In this document: positions 48,404 to 59,400 of the stretch, piece by piece | How the letters are laid out: each line of letters begins with the position of its first letter | Numbering within the stretch: position 1 is the first letter of the stretch | DNA from: an uncultured virus (IMG/VR IMGVR_UViG_3300009370_000013) | Taxonomy: Duplodnaviria; Heunggongvirae; Uroviricota; Caudoviricetes | Reading direction: 5' to 3' (one strand) | DNA: 64,000 nt | Virus record (IMG/VR): IMGVR_UViG_3300009370_000013 | The notes under the pieces: generated by a model | What the model was told of the DNA's origin: nothing | The model's input: the letters and a program-made list of their open reading frames with translations, nothing else | Database searches by the model: none | Translations under genes and position numbers: made by a program

Positions 48404-49148
48404 CAGCGTTAACTTTATAAACTAAAGATTCCGCATTTTCATTATTTAAAACATACGTAGTAGGTACTGCTGATAACCACGCTTCTGTTGTTGATAATTC
48501 TTTTACTATATTTCTATATTCTTCAAGAGCACCGTTTGAAGCATTAACTGCTACTAGGACATCAACAAACGCAAAGTCTAAATCACCATTAGCACTAAAG
48601 GCAATACATTTACCGTCTACCTCTACTTTATCTTGTTTAGTTTGAATTGTAAAAATTGTATCAGCGTCTTTACCTAGATAACCTCTAGTAGTAGCACCAC
48701 TACCGTCATATGGAACAATTTCAAAAGTTATATTATTTGCTGTACCATAGTTATCAAGAAACTTTTTAACAACTGGAGAATCACCCCACGTTGCTATCTT
48801 AATTGTTTGACCAGACATTTCACTAACAGACGAGTAAGTTCTACTACAAAGTATAGTTTCGTATGCTGTAACAGCAACGATTGTATTCTCGTTCATTTCA
48901 ACTGTTGGTAATGTTTCATCTGTCCATTCTGTACTCCACATAGTAAGAACATTTTTCTTGTTAAAATGTTTCTCGGCTATTACTGGATTATTTGCTTGTA
49001 CAAAAGTGTGATTTATTTTGTCGCCAATCATTGTGAGTACGGTTCTAAATGCACCATCATTTGATCCTGCATTTACGATTGTTGTTGTTCCAGCGAATGC
49101 TGAGATTGGCAATAATAACAACATCACCGTTAATATTAGTCTTTTCAT
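48384..49148 (-). CDS. periplasmic solute-binding protein, divergent TctC/Bug-like
   Basis: Cleavable signal peptide (..ISAFA), EIVPYDGSG..TRGYLG.DAD resembles TctC VPYxGxG motif; own promoter. Confidence 0.55.
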   Translation of the reverse strand: MKRLILTVMLLLLPISAFAGTTTIVNAGSNDGAFRTVLTMIGDKINHTFVQANNPVIAEKHFNKKNVLTMWSTEWTDETLPTVEMNENTIVAVTAYETILCSRTYSSVSEMSGQTIKIATWGDSPVVKKFLDNYGTANNITFEIVPYDGSGATTRGYLGKDADTIFTIQTKQDKVEVDGKCIAFSANGDLDFAFVDVLVAVNASNGALEEYRNIVKELSTTEAWLSAVPTTYVLNNENAESLVYKVNAAIELNK

Positions 49149-49174
49149 ATATTTCAATCCTTTTGTTATATAAT

Positions 49175-49203
49175 AATATATCATTATTTAGTGGATTTGT
49201 CAA
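49175..49203 (-). promoter_or_regulatory. sigma70-type promoter TTGACA-N17-TATATT
   Basis: Reverse complement TTGACA aatccactaaataatga TATATT; AAAGGA RBS downstream. Confidence 0.7.
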
Positions 49204-49223
49204 TGTTGCTTGCTTATAACCTA

Positions 49224-49231
49224 TATAAATA
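49224..49231 (+). promoter_or_regulatory. T4-type late promoter TATAAATA
   Basis: Exact intergenic motif. Confidence 0.7.
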
Positions 49232-49262
49232 GTATTATGAATTTAAAAATGGAGATAAATGT

Positions 49263-49466
49263 ATGATAACAATTGACAAAAAAGAGTATGATGAAACGAA
49301 GTTTAGTCCTGAATTACAGAATTGTATAGCAGTAAGACAAGAGATACAGGTAAGCAAAACTAGACATTTAATTGAGATTGAAAAGATAGATGTTTTAACT
49401 AAATATTACAACGAAAAAATAGTCAAATTGATTAAAAAAGAAGTACCAGAATCCGAGAAAAAGTAA
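49263..49466 (+). CDS. small hypothetical protein
   Basis: GGAG RBS; ITIDKKEY N-terminus followed by a helical segment. Confidence 0.6.
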   Translation: MITIDKKEYDETKFSPELQNCIAVRQEIQVSKTRHLIEIEKIDVLTKYYNEKIVKLIKKEVPESEKK

Positions 49467-49802
49467 ATGGCAGCAATAGCTAATCTAACGATAGACCAAG
49501 GCGCAACCTTCAGTTCAGACGTAACTGTAAAGGATGCTAATAGTCAGGCGTTTGACCTAACTGGTTATACGGCAGCGGCGAAGATGGCTAAAGGTTTTGC
49601 TTCTACAAGAACACGAATTAATATGACTACTTCAATAGCAGCAGACGCTACCACAGGAGTAGTTACTCTCTCATTAACAGCAACCGAAACAAGTGCTTTG
49701 GATGCTGAGAGATATGTATATGACCTTGAAATTACAAAGGATGCTGGAGTCACTAGAGTAATTGAAGGCATTATAACTGTAAGACCACAGGTTACTGTCT
49801 AA
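49467..49802 (+). CDS. small virion structural protein (Ig-like, BppU-N-like)
   Basis: NL.IDQGATF, DLTGYT, G...LSLT...T, RYVYDLEI, RVIEG...V.P.VT. Confidence 0.7.
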   Translation: MAAIANLTIDQGATFSSDVTVKDANSQAFDLTGYTAAAKMAKGFASTRTRINMTTSIAADATTGVVTLSLTATETSALDAERYVYDLEITKDAGVTRVIEGIITVRPQVTV

Positions 49803-49810
49803 TTAAATAT

Positions 49811-49818
49811 TATAAATA
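49811..49818 (+). promoter_or_regulatory. T4-type late promoter TATAAATA
   Basis: Exact intergenic motif. Confidence 0.7.
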
Positions 49819-49836
49819 TTCACAGGAGAGAATTGG

Positions 49837-50115
49837 ATGGCAGATATTACAGCCACGGTAGGGCAAAAAACTACTACAACAGCAAATATAAATGTAAATA
49901 CTGGTGATGGTCCAGAAGCAGTTTCGGTAACTTTACCATCTACGGTAGCAGTACAAAATTCTTCCCTAAAATTCGCTCTTCTTGGTGATGTTGACACATC
50001 AAATTTAGATGATGGCGCAATGATTCAATATAGGTCTAGTGATAATAAATTTGTAACTAGAACCGAAATAGTTACTACAACAGGAACACTATTATTTAAT
50101 TGTGGGAGTTTTTAA
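49837..50115 (+). CDS. small structural protein
   Basis: L.DVD....DGA..QY....KF fibre-type motif; ends in GSF like its neighbour. Confidence 0.6.
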   Translation: MADITATVGQKTTTTANINVNTGDGPEAVSVTLPSTVAVQNSSLKFALLGDVDTSNLDDGAMIQYRSSDNKFVTRTEIVTTTGTLLFNCGSF

Positions 50116-50125
50116 AAAATAGCAT

Positions 50126-51835
50126 ATGGCAACAGTAATACAGATAAAACGTTCATCAAGTACTTCAGCACCAGCTACATTAAAACTTGGGGAATTAGCA
50201 TTTACTTATGGAACAGGAACTCAAGGAAATCTAGGAGATAGATTATTCATTGGGGAAGGTGGAGTTGATGGAAATGGTGACGCAAATAATATATCAGTTA
50301 TCGGTGGACAATATTTCGCTGAAATGTTGGATCACGTTGCTGGAACATTAACAGCAAGCGGTGCTGTAATAGTAGACACAAATAAAGCAGTAGACGAATT
50401 CATTGTAGGTAATTCTACTAGTGTAGGTGGAACAATAAAATTTAATGAAGGCACAAATAATGGTGCAAACTTTGTAGGACTTAAAGCTCCTAACTCACTA
50501 TCAGCTACAACAACATTTGCATTACCAGGCGCTGATGGTTCTGCTGGTCAGTTCTTAAAAACTGACGGTGCTGGTAATTTAGAGTTTATGACTGTTAATC
50601 AATATATTGATTTAGCAGGTGATACAGGAACAGATACTTACAATACAGCTGAAACATTAACTTTCGCTGGTGGCGCAGGTATGGATACAGTTGTTACCGA
50701 TAACAATATAGAAATTCAGGCGAACACATTAACAGATTCAAATTTATCGGGTAGTGCAGGTATATCAAATTCTAATTTAGCAAATCCTCAAACAACAATA
50801 GGTAGTTCAGTATTAACTTTAGGTGCTACTGAAACAGATATTGCAGGATTAACTTCTTTAGTAATTGATGACATTACAATTGACGGTCAATCAGTTACAA
50901 CAACAGCGGCAAATAAAAATATTAATTTAACACCACACGGAACAGGTACAGTTATTTTACCAAGTGGTTATGAAGATAGAGCAGGATTTCAAAATCAATC
51001 AGTTGCAAACAAAGCATACGTTGACCAAGTTGCTCAAGGTTTAGATACTAAACCATCTTGTAAAGCAGCAACAACTGCTGATTTATCAGCAACTTATAAT
51101 AATGGAACAGCAGGTGTCGGTGCAACATTAACAGCAGATGTTAACGGTGCAATATCAGTTGACGATATAGCATTAAGTTTAAACGATAGAGTTTTAGTTA
51201 AAGACCAAACAGACGCAACCGAAAACGGTATTTATAAAGTTACAACTGTTGGTGATGGATCAACTGATTTTGTATTAACAAGAGCAACTCCAGAAGACCA
51301 ACCATCTGAATTAAGTGGTGGTTCATTTGTATTTGTAGAAGAAGGAACTATTGGTTCTAACAATGGATATACATTTACACATACAGGACAACCAGTATTT
51401 GGAACAACTGATTTAGATGTATCACAATTTTCTGGTGCAGGTCAAATTACTGCAGGTGCAGGTTTAGTTAAAGATGGTAATACGATAGATACAAATCCTG
51501 ACAATAGTTCAATTGAAGTTAGTGGAGACCAATTAAGAGTTAAAGCATTAGGTGTTACTAGTAATATGTTAGCAGGTGCAATTGCAAGTGATAAACTTGC
51601 TGATCCTTTATATTTTAAAGATGAGTCTTCAACACAAGGACAAGTAAGAGTCGGTGGTGTTTTAGAATTTTTAGCAGGAGAAGGAATTAATACTATTGCA
51701 AATGGTAATTCATTACAAATAGTTGGAGAATTAGCAAGTACATCAAACATTGGTGTTGCTTCTTTTTCTACTGATAACTTTACAGTTACCTCTGGTGACG
51801 TTGAGGTTACTACAGTAGATGGAGGAACTTTCTAA
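50126..51835 (+). CDS. tail fibre protein
   Basis: IQIKRS....P..L..GELA N-terminus, NK.YVD, DRVLVKDQ....NGIY, C-terminal DGGTF. Confidence 0.75.
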   Translation: MATVIQIKRSSSTSAPATLKLGELAFTYGTGTQGNLGDRLFIGEGGVDGNGDANNISVIGGQYFAEMLDHVAGTLTASGAVIVDTNKAVDEFIVGNSTSVGGTIKFNEGTNNGANFVGLKAPNSLSATTTFALPGADGSAGQFLKTDGAGNLEFMTVNQYIDLAGDTGTDTYNTAETLTFAGGAGMDTVVTDNNIEIQANTLTDSNLSGSAGISNSNLANPQTTIGSSVLTLGATETDIAGLTSLVIDDITIDGQSVTTTAANKNINLTPHGTGTVILPSGYEDRAGFQNQSVANKAYVDQVAQGLDTKPSCKAATTADLSATYNNGTAGVGATLTADVNGAISVDDIALSLNDRVLVKDQTDATENGIYKVTTVGDGSTDFVLTRATPEDQPSELSGGSFVFVEEGTIGSNNGYTFTHTGQPVFGTTDLDVSQFSGAGQITAGAGLVKDGNTIDTNPDNSSIEVSGDQLRVKALGVTSNMLAGAIASDKLADPLYFKDESSTQGQVRVGGVLEFLAGEGINTIANGNSLQIVGELASTSNIGVASFSTDNFTVTSGDVEVTTVDGGTF

Positions 51836-52056
51836 TGTTTGGTTGGATTAAAAGATTTATTAATAGAACAGTTAAGTCTTATGAACCAGTTAAACCAAAA
51901 ACAGAAGTTATAGCATTAAAAGATTTAAAGAACAAAACAAAAAAAGAATTAGAGAGAATTGGTAGAAAACTTGGAATTGAATTAGATAGAAGATTATCTA
52001 AAGCAAAATTAGTAAACAGAATTAAATTTAGAGCGAAATTAAGAAGGAAGAAATAA
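51835..52056 (+). CDS. small basic protein (Rho-N/HeH-like nucleic-acid binding motif)
   Basis: L..KTKKELE.IGRKLGIELDRR.SK..L. Confidence 0.55.
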   Translation: MFGWIKRFINRTVKSYEPVKPKTEVIALKDLKNKTKKELERIGRKLGIELDRRLSKAKLVNRIKFRAKLRRKK

Positions 52057-52059
52057 ACT

Positions 52060-52440
52060 ATGGCAACAAAAATAAAACCATACCGTACAGAAGTAGCAAC
52101 TCGTATTCCAGACGCAAATAATATGGATGTTGGAGAGTTGGCTGTTAATGTAACAGATGGTAAATTTTATATAAAAAAATCAGCTGGACAAATTAAAGAA
52201 ATTGGTGGTGCAGGTTCGGTAACTTTGCAAGACGCAACTAGTAATGGTTCTATTACAAATAGAGATATTACTATGAATGGATCAAATTTTATATTTGAAG
52301 GGAATTTAGAAAATGCGTTTGAAACTACTTTATCAGTAGAAGAACCAACAGCAGATAGAATATTAAAATTACCTAACACTTCAGGTACTATTGGTACTTC
52401 GGATGACGCATTAGCATATTCTGTAGTTTTTGGTTCATAG
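52060..52440 (+). CDS. short fibre-related structural protein
   Basis: GELAVN..DGK and FEG...AFET.L....PTADR...LP..SGT motifs. Confidence 0.6.
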   Translation: MATKIKPYRTEVATRIPDANNMDVGELAVNVTDGKFYIKKSAGQIKEIGGAGSVTLQDATSNGSITNRDITMNGSNFIFEGNLENAFETTLSVEEPTADRILKLPNTSGTIGTSDDALAYSVVFGS

Positions 52441-52455
52441 GTTTGTTGAAAGATT

Positions 52456-52803
52456 ATGCCGTCAACATTTAAAAATGCAGGAATAACTGTAGGGGTTTTA
52501 GATAATTCCTCAGCAGATTTATATACAGCAGGCGGTTCTGAAACTGCTGTAATTCACGCATTATATATTTCAAATAAAAGTGGGTACAGTACAGCAAAAG
52601 TTAATGTAAAAGTTACTACTGACGGTGGAACAACTTATAGACATATAGGTAAAAATTTAGAAGTTCCTGCTAACAATACATTAACTTTAGATAAACCAGT
52701 AAATTTGGAGAACAATGACGTATTAAGAGTGGTCGCTGATCCTTCTCCTGATTCAACTTCTGTTGATGTTGAGGCAGTAGCAAGTATATTGGCAATAACT
52801 TAA
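52456..52803 (+). CDS. virion structural protein (small beta-sandwich)
   Basis: FKNA, LYT, KP.NLE..D.L pattern; structural operon. Confidence 0.6.
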   Translation: MPSTFKNAGITVGVLDNSSADLYTAGGSETAVIHALYISNKSGYSTAKVNVKVTTDGGTTYRHIGKNLEVPANNTLTLDKPVNLENNDVLRVVADPSPDSTSVDVEAVASILAIT

Positions 52804-52825
52804 TAAATAAATATAGAGAAATAAA

Positions 52826-53446
52826 ATGGCTTATATAGTTCCTGGAGAAATAAAAAAACAAAAAGTATTCAATGGTATAAGACGTACTAAAGAGGGTATG
52901 TGTTATCTATCTTCTATCAATCCAAACTCTACTACTCAACCAATAGAAGTATCAAAGTACTATGAAGATGGTAAATCTGATAGTGTTGCTAGAGATGAAG
53001 GAGATTACCTTGAAGAAAGATTAGAGATGTTTGAAGTTCAATATTTCACAGGTGACGGTGCTACCAAACAATTTACAATATCAACACCAGTTTTAAATGA
53101 AACAAGAATAGCTTGTTTTATGGATGGTGTTAGACAAGAAGCATTTTCAACCTATACATTAACAGGTGGAACATCACTAAATTTCGTATTAATTCCAGCG
53201 GCAGGAGCTAGTATTGTGGTTGGTCAAATTAATAAAAGATATTATAATAATGATAGCGATAGGTACCAACAAATTAAATATTCAGATGATATAACAACTA
53301 CTTTTCTTATAAATAGTGATAGTGGAGATTTAGTTAGAAGAAGTAAGCAAGAAGCAGTAAGGTCAAAATTAGCAATTGATGACTTTAATACTTTTGAAGA
53401 TTTAACGGCAACGGTTAATACAACGACTTATCAAAGTGCTGTTTAA
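52826..53446 (+). CDS. virion structural protein
   Basis: FTGDG.T..F, DGVRQ, L.F...P small domain also present at the C-terminus of 24766..26268. Confidence 0.6.
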   Translation: MAYIVPGEIKKQKVFNGIRRTKEGMCYLSSINPNSTTQPIEVSKYYEDGKSDSVARDEGDYLEERLEMFEVQYFTGDGATKQFTISTPVLNETRIACFMDGVRQEAFSTYTLTGGTSLNFVLIPAAGASIVVGQINKRYYNNDSDRYQQIKYSDDITTTFLINSDSGDLVRRSKQEAVRSKLAIDDFNTFEDLTATVNTTTYQSAV

Positions 53447-53481
53447 AAATGGACAAAATTAGTAGGTAAATAGAGAGAAAA

Positions 53482-56400
53482 ATGGCAGATTTCAAATTAG
53501 GACGATTAAAGTTTAAATGGAGAGGCGATTGGGCAGGAACAACTGGCTACGTTATTGATGATATCGCAAAATATGGTGGTAATGCTTATGTGTGTATTCA
53601 AAACCACACGTCACCAGCAACAGAACAAGATTTTTATACAAGTCCTGGAACATTTACAGAATATTGGCAATTACACCAAGAATCACTTTACTTTAAAGGT
53701 GCATATGCTGACGGAACTTGGTACAAATTAAATGACCTAGTTTCTTATGGTGGTAAACAATACCGTTGTACTACTCAATACACATCATCAGGCACAGTTT
53801 TAGACCAGTCTAAATTTGAACAATTTAGTGATGGTATTATTTTTAAAGGTGATTATGCTTCTAGTACACAATACAAATTAAACGACCTAGTTAAGTATGG
53901 TGGTAGAACATATAGATGTACTACTGAACATACATCAGCGGCTGGTGGAGATATCAATATAGTTTTAGGAAACTTTGATATCTATAGTGAAGGTTTAGCA
54001 TTTAAAGGCGACTTCCAAGTTAACACATATTACAAATTAGATGATGTTGTTAAATTTGGTGCATATCAATATAAATGTATTGTTGCTCATACTTCGGGCG
54101 GTGCTCTATCAGATTTTGCTGAAGAAAATTTTTCAGTTTATTCAGAAGGTTTACAATTTGAAGATTCTTATAACGCTGCTACAGTTTACCAACAAGGTGA
54201 TGTAGTAACTTATGGTGGGTATTCTTATGTTTATGTTCAATCAAATGAATCTTCTGGCAATACACCAGGAACTCCAGCTGTACAAGAAACAACAGGTGGA
54301 GATATTACTACATCAACTGCTCACGGAAGAAGTGTTTCCGATTTAATTGAAGTAAGAGATATAGTAGTACAATGTGATACAGGACAGAAAACATATCCAA
54401 TACACTCAACTTCTACCCAATTTACAGTAGAGGCAACAAATTTAACAGCAACTGATTTACAAATTAATTTAGGAACAAGTGCTATTGCACAAACTTATGT
54501 AAGTGGTGGTACGGTTCTTAAATCTAATGGTACTAGATTAGCAATTACAGGTTTTAATTATAATACATCAACTGGTAAAGCAGTAATTACTACAGCAACG
54601 CACGGATTATCAGCAAGTGATACAATAGATGTATTTGGAGTTAAAACAACTTGTGCTTTTGGTACTAAAATTTATCCACAAGCACCTTATTCAGGACTTT
54701 ATCCTGTTAAAGCAAGTCCATCAGCTACAAAATTAAGTATCTTTTTAGCACCAAGTAATATTGACCATACTTATGTAAGTGGTGGTACAGTTAAATTAGC
54801 AACAGTTTCAAATGTTGGAAGTTCAACTGCTCTTACTGGTTTTTCTTATGATAATGCAACAGGACTTATTACAGTAACATCTGCTACTCACGGATTAAGT
54901 AGAAATGATTTAGTTAAATTAGATAGTATAGTAGTTGAATGTTCAACAGGACAAAAAACATATCCTAATACTACAAACTATTCAGGAATATTTAAAGTTT
55001 ATGATGTACCTGATTCAAGTACATATGTTGTTGCTACTGATAAATCAGCAATTGTTCATACTTATGTAAGTGGTGGTACTTCTCAAAAGATTTCATATAC
55101 TACAAGCGCAGATAAAAATATTTCAAACTTTATTTATAATCGGTCAAATAAAAAGTTTTGGGATGTAGTAACTACAGGTTTTAAAGCACAAGGTGTTTAT
55201 GTACACGGAACATTATACAAAACTGGTGATACAGTTCAGTATGGTGGTAATTCTTATGTATGCGTATTAGACGCTCAAAGTCAAAGACCTTCATTAAATA
55301 CTGGTGTTGTAAATACAACTTATTGGTCTTTAGTAGTTGAAGGATTTAAATGGACAGGTGCATATAGTACATCTACAACTTATAATATTGGTGAAACAGT
55401 TAGATATCTTTCTAACTCTTATGTAAATTTAAAAGACCAAGTTCTTAATATAGAACCAGGTACAGATGGAACAGTTTGGCAAGGAATTGCTTTAGGTGAC
55501 TCTGGTGCTGTATTACAGACTCGTGGTGATATGATTACGCAGTCCGAAGCTGGTACTGCTAGATTACCTATAGGTCTTCCAGGTTCAGTATTAACTAATG
55601 ATGGTTTTGATGTTCTATGGTCTGGTAATTCTGCTAAAAATGTTATATGGGTTTCTCCAACAGGAGTAGATGGTGATTCAGGATCAGAAAGTCAACCTTA
55701 TAAAACATTAGCATATGCTGTTAAACACGCAAAACACCACGCTATTAGAGAAATAAAAGACCAGTCTGGTGGTATCGGTGGTACGGAAGACGTTTATAAT
55801 AATATTCGTGGAATTTCTTCAAGAGAGTTTGAAGTTAGTCAATACAATATAACTACTAATACTTTTGAAATTCAAATGGGAACTGACACCAATGCTCATA
55901 CTTATGTAAGTGGTGGTACAGTTAGAAAAGCAGATGATACTACTTTAACAATAACTAATGCTCCATATGTTCATAGTACAGGTGTTATTACAATTCACAC
56001 TTCTACAGCTCACGGATTATTAGCAGGTAATAAAGTAAGATTATGGGGATTAAATTATACTTGTGCTAACGGTGCAAAAACATATCCAGAAGTTGGTGGT
56101 CCATCACTCTATAGAGTTAATACTAAAGGTGGTTCTGTTAAAGTTGATATAGTTAACGGTTCAGCTAACCATAAAGTAGATGAGTGCGTTAGAATTGATG
56201 GTAATGATATAGGGTTTACAGGTCCTACAGGTGGAGATGTAACTACAGCAATTCCTCACGCTAGAAGTGTTGGAGATTTAGTTGAAATAAGAGATTTACT
56301 AGTAAGTTGTCCTACAGGAAATAAAACATATCCTGTAATTTCAACGAATACAGCATTTACAGTAGAAGCAGCAAATTTAACAACAACAACATTTCAAGTT

Positions 56401-59400
56401 GATATTGGAACAAGTACTACTGCACAAACTTATGTAAGTGGTGGTGAAGTTGTTAAATCAGATAACAGTAGACTAGCAGTTACAAATTTTGTTTATAATA
56501 TAGCAACAGGTAAAGCTGTAATTACTACAGCAACGAATGGATTATCAGCAAGTGATACAGTTAATTTATTTGGAATTAAAACAAATTGCGAATTTGGTGA
56601 TAAAATATATCCACAAGTTCCAGTTTCAGGAGTTTATCCTGTTGTATCAACAAAATCAGCTACAGAATTAAATTTCTTTTTACCACCAAGTAATGTTGCA
56701 CATACTTACGTTAGTGGTGGTACAGTTAGATTAGCAACAGTTTCAAATGTTGGCAGTTCATCAGCAGTTACTAATGCTGTCTATGATAATCTAACAGGAC
56801 TTATTACAGTAACAGCTACTTTACACGGATTAGCAAATGGCGATTTAGTTAAATTAGATAGTATATTATTCTCTTGTTCTATGGGAAGTAAAACATATCC
56901 TGATAATACTTTTAGTTCAGGAATATTTAAAGTTTATAATGTAGTTGACGCCAATACATATATTTTTGGTACTGACAAATCAGGATTTGCACATACTTAT
57001 GTAAGTGGTGGTACTTCTCAAAAAGTTACCTATGTAACAAGCGAACAGAAATCTGTTGACGCTTTCACTTATAAACGAGTTGGTGGTTCTAATGTTTTAA
57101 ACTTTAAAGTTAAGAGTACTGCAGGAGATACAATCAGACTTAAAAACGGTACTTTCACAGAACAATTACCAATGAGAGTAAGAGAAGGTGTTTCAATAGT
57201 TGGAGAAAGTTTAAGAAATACAAGAATACATCCAGCACCTGGAACAGGTTCTCAAATTGCAACAGTAGAATTAGTTAATAATACTAGTGGTGCAACAGAT
57301 GGTACTTACAATTATATTCACCAAGGAAGATCCGAAAGAAGTTATACAGTTTTAGATGTACCAACTGGTGATTCATTTACAATCAATGTAGGTACTGATG
57401 CTAGAGAACACACATATGTTGATGGTGGTATAGTTTCAAATGCCGCTTTTGGTAAATTTACGGTAACAAATGCTCCATATGTTCATAGTACAGGTGTTAT
57501 TACAATTACAACTTCATCTAACCACGGATTATCAGCAAGTGATAGTATCAAATTATCAGGTTTAAAATATCATTGTGATGAAGGAGAAAAAGTTTATCCA
57601 GAAAATGGGGATGCTTCAGTATGGAACGTAGTGATATCAGGTGGTGTGGCAACACAAATTATAACTTATCACGGTGGTATTAATTTTGAAGTTAATGATA
57701 TAATTACATTAAACTCGGCAGATATTGGTAACGGTGGTGACTTAACATTAAAAGTTAAAAAATTAGAAAATAACAAAGCTAGTAACTGGTTATTACTTAA
57801 CGAAAAAAATAATATAAGAAATATGACTTTCTTGGATCTTAATGAAAAGAAACAGTCAGGAGGATTATATCAAGTAACAGTAACATCAGGAACAGAATTT
57901 ACAGTTCAAATGGGAACATCAACTTTTGTACATACGTATAAGAGTGGTGGTCACGTTATAGCAGTTGGTAATGAATCAGTTAAATTAGGATTATCTAATA
58001 TTCTTTACAATAACTCCAACGGTAAGGTTACAGTTACTACAAGCAATGCTCACAGTTTAACTACAGGTGATTGGGTTACTTTAGGTAAAATGAAATTTGA
58101 ATGTGATTTAGGAGAAAAAGTTTATCCAAGTGGTCCTTACGAACAAGCTCTTACATCTTTAGACCCAGTTGGTAATATATATCTTACTTCACCTTATGTA
58201 CAAAACTGTACATCTTTAAATCCAGGTGCTTGTGGAGTTCAAATTGACGGTAATCTCCACTTACGTCCTTTCCCAAGAAGTTATAAATCAATGTTGGCAA
58301 ATGACTTTACACAAATTAATGAAGATGGAATTGGTATTCACATTTTAGGATATGGACGTGTTGAAGCGGTGTCAGTATTCGTATACTATTGCGACAAAGC
58401 CGTTTATGCAGAATCAGGTGGATTTATTCGTGCCTTAAACTGCTCACACGCATATGGAGAACAAGGTGTTGTTGCTTCAGGTACAAACGAAGCAGAAGTT
58501 CCTGTCAATCTTAAAACTCGTGGTATGATGTTGCAATGGGACAAAGATACTTTTGGTGGAACAGCAACTGCTTCAGATATAGAAAATTCAATTGCAGTAC
58601 AAGGTCAAGGTACAGCTACAATAGTAGGTAGTGAATCTGGCGCAACTGCTACACTTTTCAGATATAATGTATCATTACTATATTTACATATAGAAAATAT
58701 TACTGGTAACTTTAAACAAGGTGAAACAATTACAATTACAAAAGAAGATTCAACAACATTTACTGTTGATTTGGATTCTTACTTTGGTGGTCAATCAGGT
58801 TCTACAGGCGCAGATGTAACTACAGCACTTGCTCACGGAAGAACTTCTGGAGATTTAATTGAAGTATCAGATGTAGTATTGAGTTGTCTTGCTTCTGATT
58901 CAACAGTTATAGGAAATAAAACATATCCTGTAACATCTACTACTACACAATTTACTGTAGAGGCAGCAAATTTAACAGCAACAACATTCCAAGTTGATTT
59001 AGGAACAAGTAATACAGCACAATCTTATGTTAGTGGTGGAACACTTCTTAAAACTGGTGGTACTAGATTATCAATTTCAAATTTTGTTTATGATATAGCA
59101 ACTGGTAAAGCAATAATTACTACACCAACACACGGATTATCAGCGAGTGATACTGTAAATTTATTCGGAATTAAAACAAGTTGTGTATATGGAGTTAAAA
59201 TATATCCACAAGTACCTACTTCAGGAATCTTTAATGTTAAATCATCTTCGGCAGCTACTAAATTAAATTTCTTTTTAGCACCAAGTGATATTGAACATAC
59301 TTATGTTAGTGGTGGTACAGTTAAACACGCAACACCAACTAGTGTTGGTAGTGCAACTGAAATTACTGCTGCTAGTTATGATAATGTAACAGGACTTATT

